Positions 18,705 to 28,726 of a DNA stretch of 64,000 nt are shown here, in pieces (the stretch's first letter is position 1; each line of letters opens with the position of its first letter). The DNA is taken from positions 2,496,001-2,560,000 of the forward strand of contig CBDDIJ010000002.1 of NCBI GenBank assembly GCA_965228855.1, read 5' to 3'. This DNA is from Candidatus Obscuribacterales bacterium (GTDB lineage Bacteria > Cyanobacteriota > Vampirovibrionia > Obscuribacterales > Obscuribacteraceae). The notes under the pieces were generated by a model. The model was not told where the DNA came from and did no database searches. It saw only the letters and a program-made list of their open reading frames with translations. A program made the translations under genes and the position numbers.

Positions 18705-20693
18705 ATGAATAAGTCGTTCTTTGTTTCGATCTGCATGTGCTTAATCGGAGCGCACGCCGCTGCCGAGGAAATCGGCTCGGGAAAAGGGCTGTATCGCGAT
18801 CGTCCGTCGCAAGCTTCCGAATCGAACATGTCGCTATCCAGAGAGGCGGCGCAAGCCAGGCTTGACGAGAACGCTAGCAAGTCGTTGGAGTTGTCGACCC
18901 AGTTCGCAACTCTTGTTCAGAAACATTTAGAGCTCGCCGGCAAATACGACGTCGATGCTTTTCGGAAAAACGATGATGAACTCGCGACATTGTTTGAGAA
19001 GATGGATGCGAATTATCTTGAGTCGCGCATGTTGTACAACCATCTTGGACTCTCTGAGGAACCACTGGATGTCGACAAGAAGAGTATTCAGGACTCGAAG
19101 ATGTTTATGTACAAGAGTTCTGCGATCTTCAATTTGTGTTTCGGCCGTCCTATGAATTCCGCTCAATTGAGCCGGCTTTCGCTAAATCTAAGCGAGCATG
19201 CAACTGGTAAGAAGGAGTTCGAGCCAGATGTGCTTTATTACCTGGGCTCTGCATTATGTTGGGCTGGCGATTACAAGAATGCCGAGAGTCAGCTGAGGAG
19301 CGCAATCACTATAGGGAAAGGAAGACCGTTTACTCAGTTGAAGGCCGGCGAGGCTGTGAATGTTGGTGGGCAGAATCCGTTTGCGGCGCAACAGCTTGCG
19401 ACTGTTTTGTTGGCCGAGAATGAGACGGGCAAAGCAATCGACCTGTTGAGGCAAACCCGTGCAACTGCTCCGAGTGATGAAATTCGAGGTAATGCTGACG
19501 CACTGTTAGCGGTGGCATCATCATTGGACGCTAACCAGAATTCGCGAAACGTTGTGCGAGAATCCGTAGTCAATGCGAAACGGGAGTTAAGTCAGCGTCA
19601 GAGTCAAACATTTCCTGCGGTAGCGACGGAGTCGCTTGGTATTGCCAGCGCGGTTGAAGGTAATTACGCGGAAGCGGATAAACTGTTGTCCGAGGCAATT
19701 CCGAAGTTGCAAGAGTCGCCTATCAAGTTGGGCAATCGGCTGGAAGCTGCGCAAGCGTCCTTGTGGCGTGCTTATTGTCGTGATCGATTGGGAAACAAAA
19801 TTGGTTGCGACCAGGACCTCAAGTATGCTATGTCGTTTGCGGATGATGCACCGCATCTGGTGACCGTTTCGAAAATGCTAAATAAGGTTTTCGGCAAAGA
19901 GCTGTTCAAGCCTGTTGCCAAACAATCTTCGCAGAAGTGGGCAATCGTAGTTGGGCTGAGCGATTTTGCCGATCCGAAAATTCCAAAGCTCAAGTATCCC
20001 AAGAAGGATGCTGAAGATGTGGCGAAATTCCTGGTAGAACATGCCGGTTTTCAGACCGATCATATTCGCACGCTCACGAACGATGGGGCGACCAAAGATG
20101 AATTCTTGAACAGCATAGCCGGAAACTGGTTGCCTTCTGTCACCAGGCCGGACGATGTTGTTTTCATCTTCGTCTCGTCTCATGGTACGCCAGCCTACGA
20201 AGACGTTGGTGCAATGAATTCCGTTGTTACATACGATACGAAGATGGATCAGTTATTCTCGACGTCCATTCCGATGCAAAACATAGTGCGTTTGCTAAGT
20301 TCGAAACTAAGCAAGCGGCACGTATTTGTCGTGCTCGATACCTGTTATGCCGGCGGGCTTGGCGCGCCGGTTTCTAACAATCATTCTGCCAACAGCATAG
20401 ACCCGGAATTCTTGTTGAGCTCAAATTACCAATTGCTCGTCAGTTCCAGCAGTGGAAACGAAAAGTCGTGGGAGTCCAAACGTTATCCAAACAGCGTGTT
20501 TACAAGGCAAATGATTGATGCGTTGACGGACAATCAAAACTACGAGCGCTTCGAGTCGGTTTTCGATTTGATTCAGATGAGAGTTTCGGAGGAAGTGTCG
20601 GCCGACCACAAGGGAACCACACAGACTCCAAGTTTTTCAGGACTGTGGCATGGCAGGGAGCTGGCAAAAGATTCCAGGGCGGCTCAGGAATAG
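18705..20693 (+). CDS. Secreted TPR protein with C-terminal caspase-family (peptidase C14) domain
   Basis: Signal peptide; TPR-like helices; KWAIVVGLSDF, LKYPKKDA, SSHGT (His), LDTCYAGG (Cys), NSVFTRQMIDAL. Confidence 0.88.
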   Translation: MNKSFFVSICMCLIGAHAAAEEIGSGKGLYRDRPSQASESNMSLSREAAQARLDENASKSLELSTQFATLVQKHLELAGKYDVDAFRKNDDELATLFEKMDANYLESRMLYNHLGLSEEPLDVDKKSIQDSKMFMYKSSAIFNLCFGRPMNSAQLSRLSLNLSEHATGKKEFEPDVLYYLGSALCWAGDYKNAESQLRSAITIGKGRPFTQLKAGEAVNVGGQNPFAAQQLATVLLAENETGKAIDLLRQTRATAPSDEIRGNADALLAVASSLDANQNSRNVVRESVVNAKRELSQRQSQTFPAVATESLGIASAVEGNYAEADKLLSEAIPKLQESPIKLGNRLEAAQASLWRAYCRDRLGNKIGCDQDLKYAMSFADDAPHLVTVSKMLNKVFGKELFKPVAKQSSQKWAIVVGLSDFADPKIPKLKYPKKDAEDVAKFLVEHAGFQTDHIRTLTNDGATKDEFLNSIAGNWLPSVTRPDDVVFIFVSSHGTPAYEDVGAMNSVVTYDTKMDQLFSTSIPMQNIVRLLSSKLSKRHVFVVLDTCYAGGLGAPVSNNHSANSIDPEFLLSSNYQLLVSSSSGNEKSWESKRYPNSVFTRQMIDALTDNQNYERFESVFDLIQMRVSEEVSADHKGTTQTPSFSGLWHGRELAKDSRAAQE

Positions 20694-20739
20694 TTCAGAT
20701 ATCTTGCGGTATAATTCCAGCGTTCGCTTGGAGGTTGCT

Positions 20740-21525
20740 ATGAGAAAGTATTTCTTGCTTCTGGTCCTCGGCATGATGGCTACTGCTCAGCCTTCGCATG
20801 CGCAATTCAATATTCAGAGTCCGGATGGCAGTGTCAGCATTGGTCCTAATGGCATCAACGTACAACAAGGGAATCAGTCCGTTCGTATGAACGGCAGTGG
20901 AATTTCGGTAGATAAACCCGGCGAATCAGTCCGAATCAAACCGACTTCAATTAAGACGACAAAGTCTAAAACGGTCACTACGACGGTTAAGTCTCCCGCA
21001 GCCAGTGCCTTGACGCTGGCGCAAAGAGTTGAGGCGTTGGAAATCGCAACGCACGGCAAGGTGTCTGCAGGTTCGCTCATCAGTCGCGTTCAGAAGCTGG
21101 AGATGGATACCATCGGCTCTGCAGGGACGGGAACTCTGGCGGTACGCATCACAAAAATTGAGAATTCTCTCGGTAATGTGGGTAACGTGCCTGAAAGAGT
21201 CGTTGTTTCAACCAAGTCCGCTAGCGTGAAATCTCATGCTGTTTCTTCCTCGACGGGCGGGAAAGATATTACACTCAACAACAGCAACTATGAAGGAACA
21301 ATCGCTTGCAGCGGAGGCAACGTAACGCTGAATGCCAGTCACTGTGAGATCAAATTCACAGGTCATATCAATTCACTCGTTATAAACGGCAGCGGCAATG
21401 ATATCGCATGTGATACCGTGAGTCACGTGGCTGTGAACGGAAGTTCCAATGACGTCAAATGGAGCCGGGCTGTAAATCCGTCGATAGCAGACTCCGGAAG
21501 CGCCAATACGCTTGAGAGCCAGTAA
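20740..21525 (+). CDS. Secreted protein with RVxxLE repeats and a C-terminal DUF3060-like beta-solenoid
   Basis: GGAGG SD; TATAAT at 20710-20715; signal peptide ending SHA; repeats RVEALE/RVQKLE/RITKIE; INGSGND and VNGSSND repeats. Confidence 0.75.
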   Translation: MRKYFLLLVLGMMATAQPSHAQFNIQSPDGSVSIGPNGINVQQGNQSVRMNGSGISVDKPGESVRIKPTSIKTTKSKTVTTTVKSPAASALTLAQRVEALEIATHGKVSAGSLISRVQKLEMDTIGSAGTGTLAVRITKIENSLGNVGNVPERVVVSTKSASVKSHAVSSSTGGKDITLNNSNYEGTIACSGGNVTLNASHCEIKFTGHINSLVINGSGNDIACDTVSHVAVNGSSNDVKWSRAVNPSIADSGSANTLESQ

Positions 21526-21559
21526 GCTCAAGCGTTGAGCGCTAGCTTATTCAACGCAA

Positions 21560-23344
21560 ATGGCAAAAGCAGGCACGAGTAAGAACAAGATAGATGTGAA
21601 GAAATTCGCACTTGAGCTGGATGGTGCTTTCAATCTGAGCGAGCTCAATGCGTTTTACCGATCGCATGTGGGGACCGGCGGTCCGACGAGGAAATACGAG
21701 CTTGCTACCCAGCTGGCGACGTTTTTCACTTGCGAACAATTGAAGGCGACTTTTGAAAAACTGGAGCCGCTCGAGAAGCTTGCTGTCTCTGAAGCCGTTC
21801 ATTCGGAGGACGGTTTCGATCCTGAGATGTTTGAAGCGAAGTATGGAATGTGTCCCGCGTTTCGCTTGGATTTTAAAAACGCCCCCTCCGCGGCCTGGCT
21901 GTTCATGAGATATGAGGTCTTTCGCGGTCATCGTGCCCGTCCTTCCCTGGAGGCATGCCTGAAGAGTATCGTGCCGCTTCCGCAGGGCGCGCAGATCAAC
22001 ATAACCAGAACACCTCTGCGTGAAGTATTCAAAGAGGATAAAGCGGCTCGAGTAGAATATTTTGCGCGAAGCGAGCTTGCCCAGGTTGAGCTTGGTGCGA
22101 TGCTCAAGGCTGTGCAGGATGGTCTGATTGTAGTCTCCGAGAAAACCGGCTTGCCATCCAGCGACACACTGGCGAAGATTACCCGGATGATCAAGTCTGA
22201 TTATTATCAATGGCTTGATGCAGCTGACTACAAGCCGATTGGTCCGATGCGGGCATTCGCGTGGCCAATGCTCTTGACGCACGCCAGACTGGTTGTCCAG
22301 GATGGGAAAAGGCTGAAGATCGCGAGTTCCGCGAAGAATGCAAAATCGCTTCACGACGTCGAGTTGCTGCGGGAGATTTGGTTCGCATTCATAGAATGTA
22401 CCTTTGATGAGCTCAGCCGCATTAGCTCTGTCAGGGGGCCGCGCAATGGTCGCTACTCGATGTCGACGTCTCGAATTCGTCGGCGCGCAATTGTGGAGAC
22501 GCTCAAGCAATGTCCGCAAGATGCCTGGATCGAGTTCGATGAGTTTGTTCGATTTTTGCGTGCTTCAGGAAATACTTTTGTTGTTTCTTATCAACCCTGG
22601 AACATGTACAGTTCTTACGGCGCTTCGCTCGGAATGGTCGGCGATCAGTTGCTGCAAGAACTTTATGTGCGAGCTTTTCTTTTCGAGTACGCATCGACGT
22701 TGGGACTGATTGATATTGCCGTGGTGCCTCCTGAGTACTCAAGGCGTAATTGCGAGTCTGGCTATTTCGAAAATTTCAGCCGCTATGACGGATTGCTCTA
22801 CTTCCGAATAAATGAGGTCGGCGCATTCTGTTTGAGTGAAACCGCCAACAGCAAATTCACAAGCGGAGATGCTCCGAAGTTGTCTGTTCGTCCTAGCCTG
22901 CGAATCGCTCATGTGGAGGGCAATTTGTCTGTGGCAAACAAATTGATACTTGATGCGTTCGCTGAAAATATTGCAGATGGTGTCTGGGACCTTTCGCGTG
23001 CACGAGCGATTGCCGCTTGTGAAGCGGGTCAGGACATAGGTGATCTGCACGAACTTTTGACTATGCTCGACGAGCAGGAACTGCCTGATCAAGTTGAGAC
23101 TTTCATTTCGCAGGTCCGGTCAAGATTTACTGCGGTAGAAAGCGCAGGTGCTGCCGAACTATTCACTTGTCGCGATTCTGCTATCGCGAAAGAGATCAGC
23201 AGCCATACACTAATGAAGGACCTATGCAGTCTGGTTGGAGAGAAGCAGCTCGTTGTGATGCAAAACAAAGTCGAAAAGTTTCGCAAGACTCTTCATACAA
23301 TTGGTTACGGAACTGTTGAAACTGTTAGAAATCAGCGGCGATAG
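21560..23344 (+). CDS. Helicase-associated protein (XPB/Ssl2 N-terminal-like, Helicase_C_3 at C-terminus), no ATPase motifs
   Basis: C-terminal LSVRPSLRI..LDAFAE..WDLSRARAIAACEAG..LPDQVETFI pattern; no Walker A/B motifs. Confidence 0.6.
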   Translation: MAKAGTSKNKIDVKKFALELDGAFNLSELNAFYRSHVGTGGPTRKYELATQLATFFTCEQLKATFEKLEPLEKLAVSEAVHSEDGFDPEMFEAKYGMCPAFRLDFKNAPSAAWLFMRYEVFRGHRARPSLEACLKSIVPLPQGAQINITRTPLREVFKEDKAARVEYFARSELAQVELGAMLKAVQDGLIVVSEKTGLPSSDTLAKITRMIKSDYYQWLDAADYKPIGPMRAFAWPMLLTHARLVVQDGKRLKIASSAKNAKSLHDVELLREIWFAFIECTFDELSRISSVRGPRNGRYSMSTSRIRRRAIVETLKQCPQDAWIEFDEFVRFLRASGNTFVVSYQPWNMYSSYGASLGMVGDQLLQELYVRAFLFEYASTLGLIDIAVVPPEYSRRNCESGYFENFSRYDGLLYFRINEVGAFCLSETANSKFTSGDAPKLSVRPSLRIAHVEGNLSVANKLILDAFAENIADGVWDLSRARAIAACEAGQDIGDLHELLTMLDEQELPDQVETFISQVRSRFTAVESAGAAELFTCRDSAIAKEISSHTLMKDLCSLVGEKQLVVMQNKVEKFRKTLHTIGYGTVETVRNQRR

Positions 23345-23798
23345 TTTTTTTTCTACCGTCGCGCAAAAACTGCCGATAAGCTGTATCACAGGCGTTTAAC
23401 GCGTCTTCAACAGACTCGAATATCTCATCGGACGGTTTCAAAAACAAGACTGAGCGATATAAAGTGTTCAAACCATCGAAACAGAGTGGTGATGCCACCA
23501 CTTTTGTAAGGATACGTTGATCGACTATGCGACTCATTTGATCGCCGCTGACGTATTTAAGGTCGCGCAGATCCAGAAGCAGGGTCACAGGATTACTCGC
23601 TGCAAAACCATCACCAATCATGGCGTGCATAAATTTGTAGCCGGAGTTGTGCGATTCGGTTTCCACAACGGTTCCAGAGAATGTTGCAATCAAGCAGTTC
23701 TCGGAGGGAAACGACGGCAGTTTGCAAAACAAGAGTCGACATTGAATCAACTCTTGTATGTTTTCTTTAATAAGCGAAAAATGAAGTTCGTCCGGCAT
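23325..23798 (-). CDS. Hypothetical protein, STAS-like
   Basis: LLLDLRDLKYVSG and IFESVEDAL resemble STAS motifs. Confidence 0.55.
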   Translation of the reverse strand: MPDELHFSLIKENIQELIQCRLLFCKLPSFPSENCLIATFSGTVVETESHNSGYKFMHAMIGDGFAASNPVTLLLDLRDLKYVSGDQMSRIVDQRILTKVVASPLCFDGLNTLYRSVLFLKPSDEIFESVEDALNACDTAYRQFLRDGRKKTIAADF

Positions 23799-23840
23799 CC
23801 GTTTATTTTACTTCTTCGTCTATCGGATCTCTAGTGTTTT

Positions 23841-24614
23841 TTATTCGGTCCCCTCCTTCTTTTGTAGAGCGAAGCGACCGCGTTCTGCATCCTTTTGTGT
23901 AACTTCGTATTCATGCTGTTTGTAGAACTCTTCTGTCATGTATGGCACTTCATTGCCGTCTTTGTCCGTTTGATGTGACACTTTTCCGGTGTTTTCATTG
24001 TAAACGGCGCGATAGGCGACATAAGGTTTTCCACTGTCGTCGTATGCGTAAACGTTGACCAGGTAGACGCCGTCGGTTTCGGTTTCAGTCATTTGCACTT
24101 TTACAGGGACTTCGTTTCCTAAAAGATTCAGCGTTGCCGTCGCACCATCGCCAAGTTTCGCAGCAGCCTCCATCTTTTCCGGAGTGTTGCCTCGTTCAAG
24201 CATTCGCTTGTAGAAGGCTTCACTGCCAGGTTCTACCGGGGGGAGAGGTGGTGCGACTCTATCATATGGGATTTTGGTAGGGGGCTCAGTTCTTTCTGTT
24301 GGATTTTCGTCGGGGCCGTTCGCGTGACCGTTTTTCTCTCGTTCTATGCGTTTTCTTTCATTTTCACGATGCTCTCCGGGTGTTTCAACTGCAGTGGGGA
24401 GGGCGCTTTTAGTTTCGCTAGTAAAAGTTGTTTCCTCTTGCATGAGAGATAGTCCAGGCAATATTGCTCCTAAATTCGATTGTTCGGTCATGGTTTTAGT
24501 AAGTTGTTTGAAGTCTTTCAGGTTCATGGATCCAAGTGAGTCCGAAAATAGGACGCCTTGTAGTCCATCGAGGATCGTGGAATTTTGATTATGTTCGAGT
24601 CTATTTTCTGACAT
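23841..24614 (-). CDS. Hypothetical protein
   Basis: GAGGTG SD before the 24614 ATG; low-complexity N-terminal half and a beta-rich C-terminal domain. Confidence 0.7.
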   Translation of the reverse strand: MSENRLEHNQNSTILDGLQGVLFSDSLGSMNLKDFKQLTKTMTEQSNLGAILPGLSLMQEETTFTSETKSALPTAVETPGEHRENERKRIEREKNGHANGPDENPTERTEPPTKIPYDRVAPPLPPVEPGSEAFYKRMLERGNTPEKMEAAAKLGDGATATLNLLGNEVPVKVQMTETETDGVYLVNVYAYDDSGKPYVAYRAVYNENTGKVSHQTDKDGNEVPYMTEEFYKQHEYEVTQKDAERGRFALQKKEGTE

Positions 24615-24692
24615 AGCAAGCACCTCAAGAGCGGCGGTATGCAGAAAGCATATTGGGGGTGCCTGACATTTGACTGACATCGCTGACCGCGC

Positions 24693-24741
24693 AAAAAAAA
24701 AGAGCTTTGCGGGCAGTCAAACAAGACTGATGCCCGCCTCT
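24693..24741 (-). terminator. Intrinsic terminator downstream of the kinase gene
   Basis: Minus-strand bulged GC-rich hairpin GCGGGCATCAGTC/GACTGCCCGC followed by a T9 tract. Confidence 0.7.
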
Positions 24742-24806
24742 AACCCGTCCCTCTAGAAGATAAGATTTCTTACGCCCCCGTGAGCCGTGACCACGCAACG
24801 CAAGAT

Positions 24807-26825
24807 CTATTTTCGCGGACCGTCGATTCTGCGTTTCGCACCTACATCTTTTAGAACCCAGTCTTTATATGCCGGGTGCTCTTCATAATGGAATCGTTGT
24901 TGCGGTTTTGGCAAAGATGCTGGAACCGTCGCACCACTATTAGTACCAGAACCAGATACGGTACTGTTATTAGTGCCGGTTGGGGCGCCACCGGACACGC
25001 TACCATTCGCGGTGGCAACACCATTTGTGGTACCATTCGCGACTTTGGTCGTGGGCTTCTTCTTCTCGCTCGGATTGACCTCCTCCGGTGGGCGGGTATC
25101 GATATCGTCAAAGTTAGTCTGCTGTTCTTCTCCACGCATGGCGGCGCTCAGTCTCGTTGAAGTTTCAATCCAGGCTTGACCAAGTTTGTCCCAATTCAAA
25201 ATTATGAAAGTCATTGACAGCAGTAGCAACGCAATTGAGGCAACGATCTTCATCGTCAGCCTCGTGATTGTTTTTGCCGGAGACACGCGAGGTCCCTGGA
25301 CTTTGAATACCTGCGTTAGATGCATCTCGAGGCTTTCTTCTTCACGCGCCTGAGTGTTTTTCAACTGCTGCACATTGAAGATTTCACGCTTTGCCAGCTT
25401 CGAATCGCGTTTTCGTCGAGTCCTGATGACCGGGGCGCTAGCAACCCCACTGCTTCCCTCAGAACCATCGGTCGGATGTGAACCGTCTGCGGGGTCTCCG
25501 TTAGGAAATTGTCCCATCAAGCCGCCATCATGCGGTTGGACCTGCGGATGGGGTGTTGGCGCTCCGAATGAATTTACTCCTACCGAATCTTCCGCGCCGA
25601 GAGTTTGATGGGATGCTGATTGATCTCTTGTGGATACGTCCACACGCGGAAATGCACCCGTTGCGCCTGTATGCTCCTGGCGCGCTTTACCAAGCCATTC
25701 TTCAAAAGCCTTTCTGAAATCGCTAATGTCATCGAAGCGCCAGTCCAGGTCTGGATCCATCGCTTCGTCCAGCACATCGTCCAGCGCATCAGGTGCCAGT
25801 ACGTTCGGATTGGCTTCGACCAACTTCTGGCGTTGCACGAGGGTGCCATCAGGAGCTAGTTTCTGATCCGATTCCCCTATCACCATCTCGTAGACCATGA
25901 CCGCCAGGGCTAGAATGTCTTTTTTCTTCAGGTCATCAAACGAGACCGGCTCTTCGTCAGGGCTGCGAGAACCATTCAAGAGTTCAATGGTTTCCGTTAC
26001 TTTGTAAAAGCCGAAATCAAGAATTTTTAGTTCTATCTGCTCATTCACCTCGGCGAGCATTACGTTCGAACATTTGAGGTCTCCGTGAATAACGCCTTTC
26101 TCATGAGCAAACTCAAGGGCGTCGCAGAGTTGTAACACTACCTCTGCGATTTCCTCTTCATCATCTAGTGAACCACTTGAGTCAATTACGTCTTGAAGCG
26201 AAATGGCATCGATGAACTCCATGACGTAAAACGGACGTTTCAACGCTGTTTCCATTAGACCGAGCGAACCGACGATATTTCTGTGTCCAAGTGTAAGATG
26301 CGATTCAGCCGCTTTTGAAAACTCGCTTGTTATTGCCGATTGCAAGTGTTTTGTAGTCTTGATCGCGACAATACGATCTTGTGAGATCCATTTTGCCTCA
26401 TAGGTGGTCGAAGCCAGCCCCCCTCCGATAGCACCGGCTATCACATAATCTTCGAACAGGGTCTGCCCGACAAGCGGATCCTGCCGTTCAAGCGGGGGGG
26501 CGGATGCTACCAATCGAGAGTTGCTGCTGCCGGCAGGTCTCCTGAGCGCCGGACGAGAGCCAGTATCATTCGGTGATGGACTAGCCAAGCCGATATCAAC
26601 CGGTGGTCCTAAACCTATGTCCACCCGCTTCGCAGGGTCAGGAACAGCAGCGTGTGAGCCTGTAGTTTGAACCGGTTTCGGCTGTCTCGTCTCAGCGTCG
26701 GCATAAACGTCAGCTGTTTCATTATCGCGCGCAGCACCGAATCCGATACCAGATTCGGTCTCGGCTTTTGCTTGTATTTCTGAATTTGATTCGGAAGTTA
26801 AATCTGCCGAATTTTCGGATGTCAT
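24807..26825 (-). CDS. Membrane Ser/Thr kinase-like protein with an atypical activation segment
   Basis: VAIK, HGDLKCSN and DFG present; no GTPxYMxPE; TM helix near residue 530; disordered flanks. Confidence 0.82.
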   Translation of the reverse strand: MTSENSADLTSESNSEIQAKAETESGIGFGAARDNETADVYADAETRQPKPVQTTGSHAAVPDPAKRVDIGLGPPVDIGLASPSPNDTGSRPALRRPAGSSNSRLVASAPPLERQDPLVGQTLFEDYVIAGAIGGGLASTTYEAKWISQDRIVAIKTTKHLQSAITSEFSKAAESHLTLGHRNIVGSLGLMETALKRPFYVMEFIDAISLQDVIDSSGSLDDEEEIAEVVLQLCDALEFAHEKGVIHGDLKCSNVMLAEVNEQIELKILDFGFYKVTETIELLNGSRSPDEEPVSFDDLKKKDILALAVMVYEMVIGESDQKLAPDGTLVQRQKLVEANPNVLAPDALDDVLDEAMDPDLDWRFDDISDFRKAFEEWLGKARQEHTGATGAFPRVDVSTRDQSASHQTLGAEDSVGVNSFGAPTPHPQVQPHDGGLMGQFPNGDPADGSHPTDGSEGSSGVASAPVIRTRRKRDSKLAKREIFNVQQLKNTQAREEESLEMHLTQVFKVQGPRVSPAKTITRLTMKIVASIALLLLSMTFIILNWDKLGQAWIETSTRLSAAMRGEEQQTNFDDIDTRPPEEVNPSEKKKPTTKVANGTTNGVATANGSVSGGAPTGTNNSTVSGSGTNSGATVPASLPKPQQRFHYEEHPAYKDWVLKDVGAKRRIDGPRK

Positions 26826-27082
26826 TTCGGTCTCATGGGACTCCCTGAACAGCGTCGATACTGTCAGTATACTCCCGTATACGAGGGGTGACCGTCACGG
26901 ACCGATCACACTCGGTTTGGAAGCGGAACGCGGTGCTTGATCGGCTCTCCTCAGACCCCATCAGGTACCGCGTATCTGCCAGACACAAGCTCACCCGCTG
27001 CTCCCCACCTACCGGGATTAGCCCGCGTGTGATTTAATCGAGTTATATCCTGAACGACCTACTCGCTAATCTGGGAACCGCT

Positions 27083-28726
27083 ATGGCTAAGAAATTCAGC
27101 AGACGGCAAGCCGGCAGCATGCTGGTTCTAGTAATTGCGTTCATCTTCTTGATCCTGTGTCTGGCAGTGGTCATGGGACTTGGCTTTGTTCGCCTGGTCG
27201 GTACTAACACGGAGCAACGCACAGCTATCGAAGCTGCAGCGATCGCTGTAGCCCGGGACCTGAGCGCTATAGTTGTGAACACGCCGGAGTGCGGTTTTGT
27301 TTCTTTATCAGACTACGCGCCTGTCGGCACCGCGACGCAAAATGGTGATGGCTTCGCGATGCCTGTTCGAAGCATTAACACTTTGATTGGAACCGCACGT
27401 CTTGACCTGATTATCGGTGACCTGATGGACCAGGATGTGATGCGAGAACTTGCCAAAAGAGATATGCAAGACGCGCTCAGTGCTAAAGATCAGCTGTTGA
27501 ACGTACTTGCCGCGTCGATGGCGCCCGGGGGCTCCGCTACCGACAAAGACGGCAACGCCATAACGCCCTACGTCGATGCCGAAAATGCTTACCGAAACAA
27601 CCAGATTCGCATGACTGGCGCGTCGAACTATGTTCCAAACTCAATGGTTCTCGCCTTGGGCTCCATCCAGGGTGGCCTGAGCACTGCCATTCCAGTTCCC
27701 AAACCAGCTTCGACCGCTCCCGTTTCAAGTTCGCAACAGGTGAACGGTTTTTACAAGTCTTTCGTGAATATTCCATATGGGGGAGTGGATTTTGTTTTTG
27801 GCGGAATTGGACCCAACGTCAAAATCGTAGATTATCGAAACTGGGTTGCGACGATTCCATCGCTTCCATATCAGATGCAAACCATCGTCAGGGCAGAAGC
27901 TGTTCAGCACATGACTGACCCGTACAATCCAAATGGTTATGACGTGAAGGCTGTCGCATGCGCGCAGCCCGCGAGCGTTCATGACCCGCTTCCGCAGCCT
28001 GGTGCGCTGTCGATTAGTTTTCCGGATGGAGCTGTACCGGAGATTCGATCGCCTAGAGATGTTTACGAGAATACTGATTTGAAGGGCGGTGTAGTGGATC
28101 TGCTCACCGCAAAGGCTGGTGATTATCCAACCGATCCTGGCTCGAATATGGCGCCGACGTCCTGGCCGGTCGCCTCTGCGCTGAATACGTCCAATGCCTG
28201 GTTAACCGGTCTGCACGACTGGATTCGGCGTGCCGGCACAAAGGCCGATATCGATTCGATAATCAATATGCAAACCACCCCGCTCGACTCGGCATCACCG
28301 TCGACGGCGGCCTGGGTCGCGCCTGTAGTCCACGGTGGACCTTATTTGAATATTGGAACAGTTCCAGCCGGTATTATTCACATTTATAAATTCGACATGG
28401 ACGGCGTTGTCACCTACCAGAGTCGCTTGTTGACACCGTATCCACTCTATGTCTCAAGCAACGAACAGATGTACGCAGAGACCATGATGGCTATTCCAAA
28501 CAGCAGCGTGCCGATTCAAACCTATAGCGTTCCTCTGCCGGACGGCAATAAAGATATACAGCTGATGAAGCGTTGGGACGTGTACATTCGCGACGAAGTG
28601 CGAAATCCTGGTAGCATCCGCGGTGGCAAGCACGGTGGTGAACCGCTGGCAAAGCCGCTAGTAGTGAAAAACCTGAGTTCGACAGACCGCACGACAATGC
28701 TTCTTCAAAGACGGGGGGCATACTAA
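27083..28726 (+). CDS. Large pilin-like/TadG-like protein with a prepilin-type N-terminus
   Basis: RRQAG|SMLVLVIAF hydrophobic helix followed by EQRTAIEAAAIAVA, as in Tad/TadG N-termini. Confidence 0.7.
   Translation: MAKKFSRRQAGSMLVLVIAFIFLILCLAVVMGLGFVRLVGTNTEQRTAIEAAAIAVARDLSAIVVNTPECGFVSLSDYAPVGTATQNGDGFAMPVRSINTLIGTARLDLIIGDLMDQDVMRELAKRDMQDALSAKDQLLNVLAASMAPGGSATDKDGNAITPYVDAENAYRNNQIRMTGASNYVPNSMVLALGSIQGGLSTAIPVPKPASTAPVSSSQQVNGFYKSFVNIPYGGVDFVFGGIGPNVKIVDYRNWVATIPSLPYQMQTIVRAEAVQHMTDPYNPNGYDVKAVACAQPASVHDPLPQPGALSISFPDGAVPEIRSPRDVYENTDLKGGVVDLLTAKAGDYPTDPGSNMAPTSWPVASALNTSNAWLTGLHDWIRRAGTKADIDSIINMQTTPLDSASPSTAAWVAPVVHGGPYLNIGTVPAGIIHIYKFDMDGVVTYQSRLLTPYPLYVSSNEQMYAETMMAIPNSSVPIQTYSVPLPDGNKDIQLMKRWDVYIRDEVRNPGSIRGGKHGGEPLAKPLVVKNLSSTDRTTMLLQRRGAY

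Noticed and set aside
21551..22519. 322-aa minus-strand ORF
   Set aside because: Antisense shadow of the 594-aa + strand gene, with no motifs
24742..24806. Riboswitch aptamer upstream of the terminator
   Set aside because: No convincing match to c-di-GMP, ZTP or other aptamers; a plain terminator for the kinase gene explains the hairpin
26826..27082. Possible structured ncRNA in a GC-rich intergenic region
   Set aside because: No recognisable tRNA, SRP, 6S, tmRNA, RNase P or riboswitch consensus; needs an Rfam covariance search
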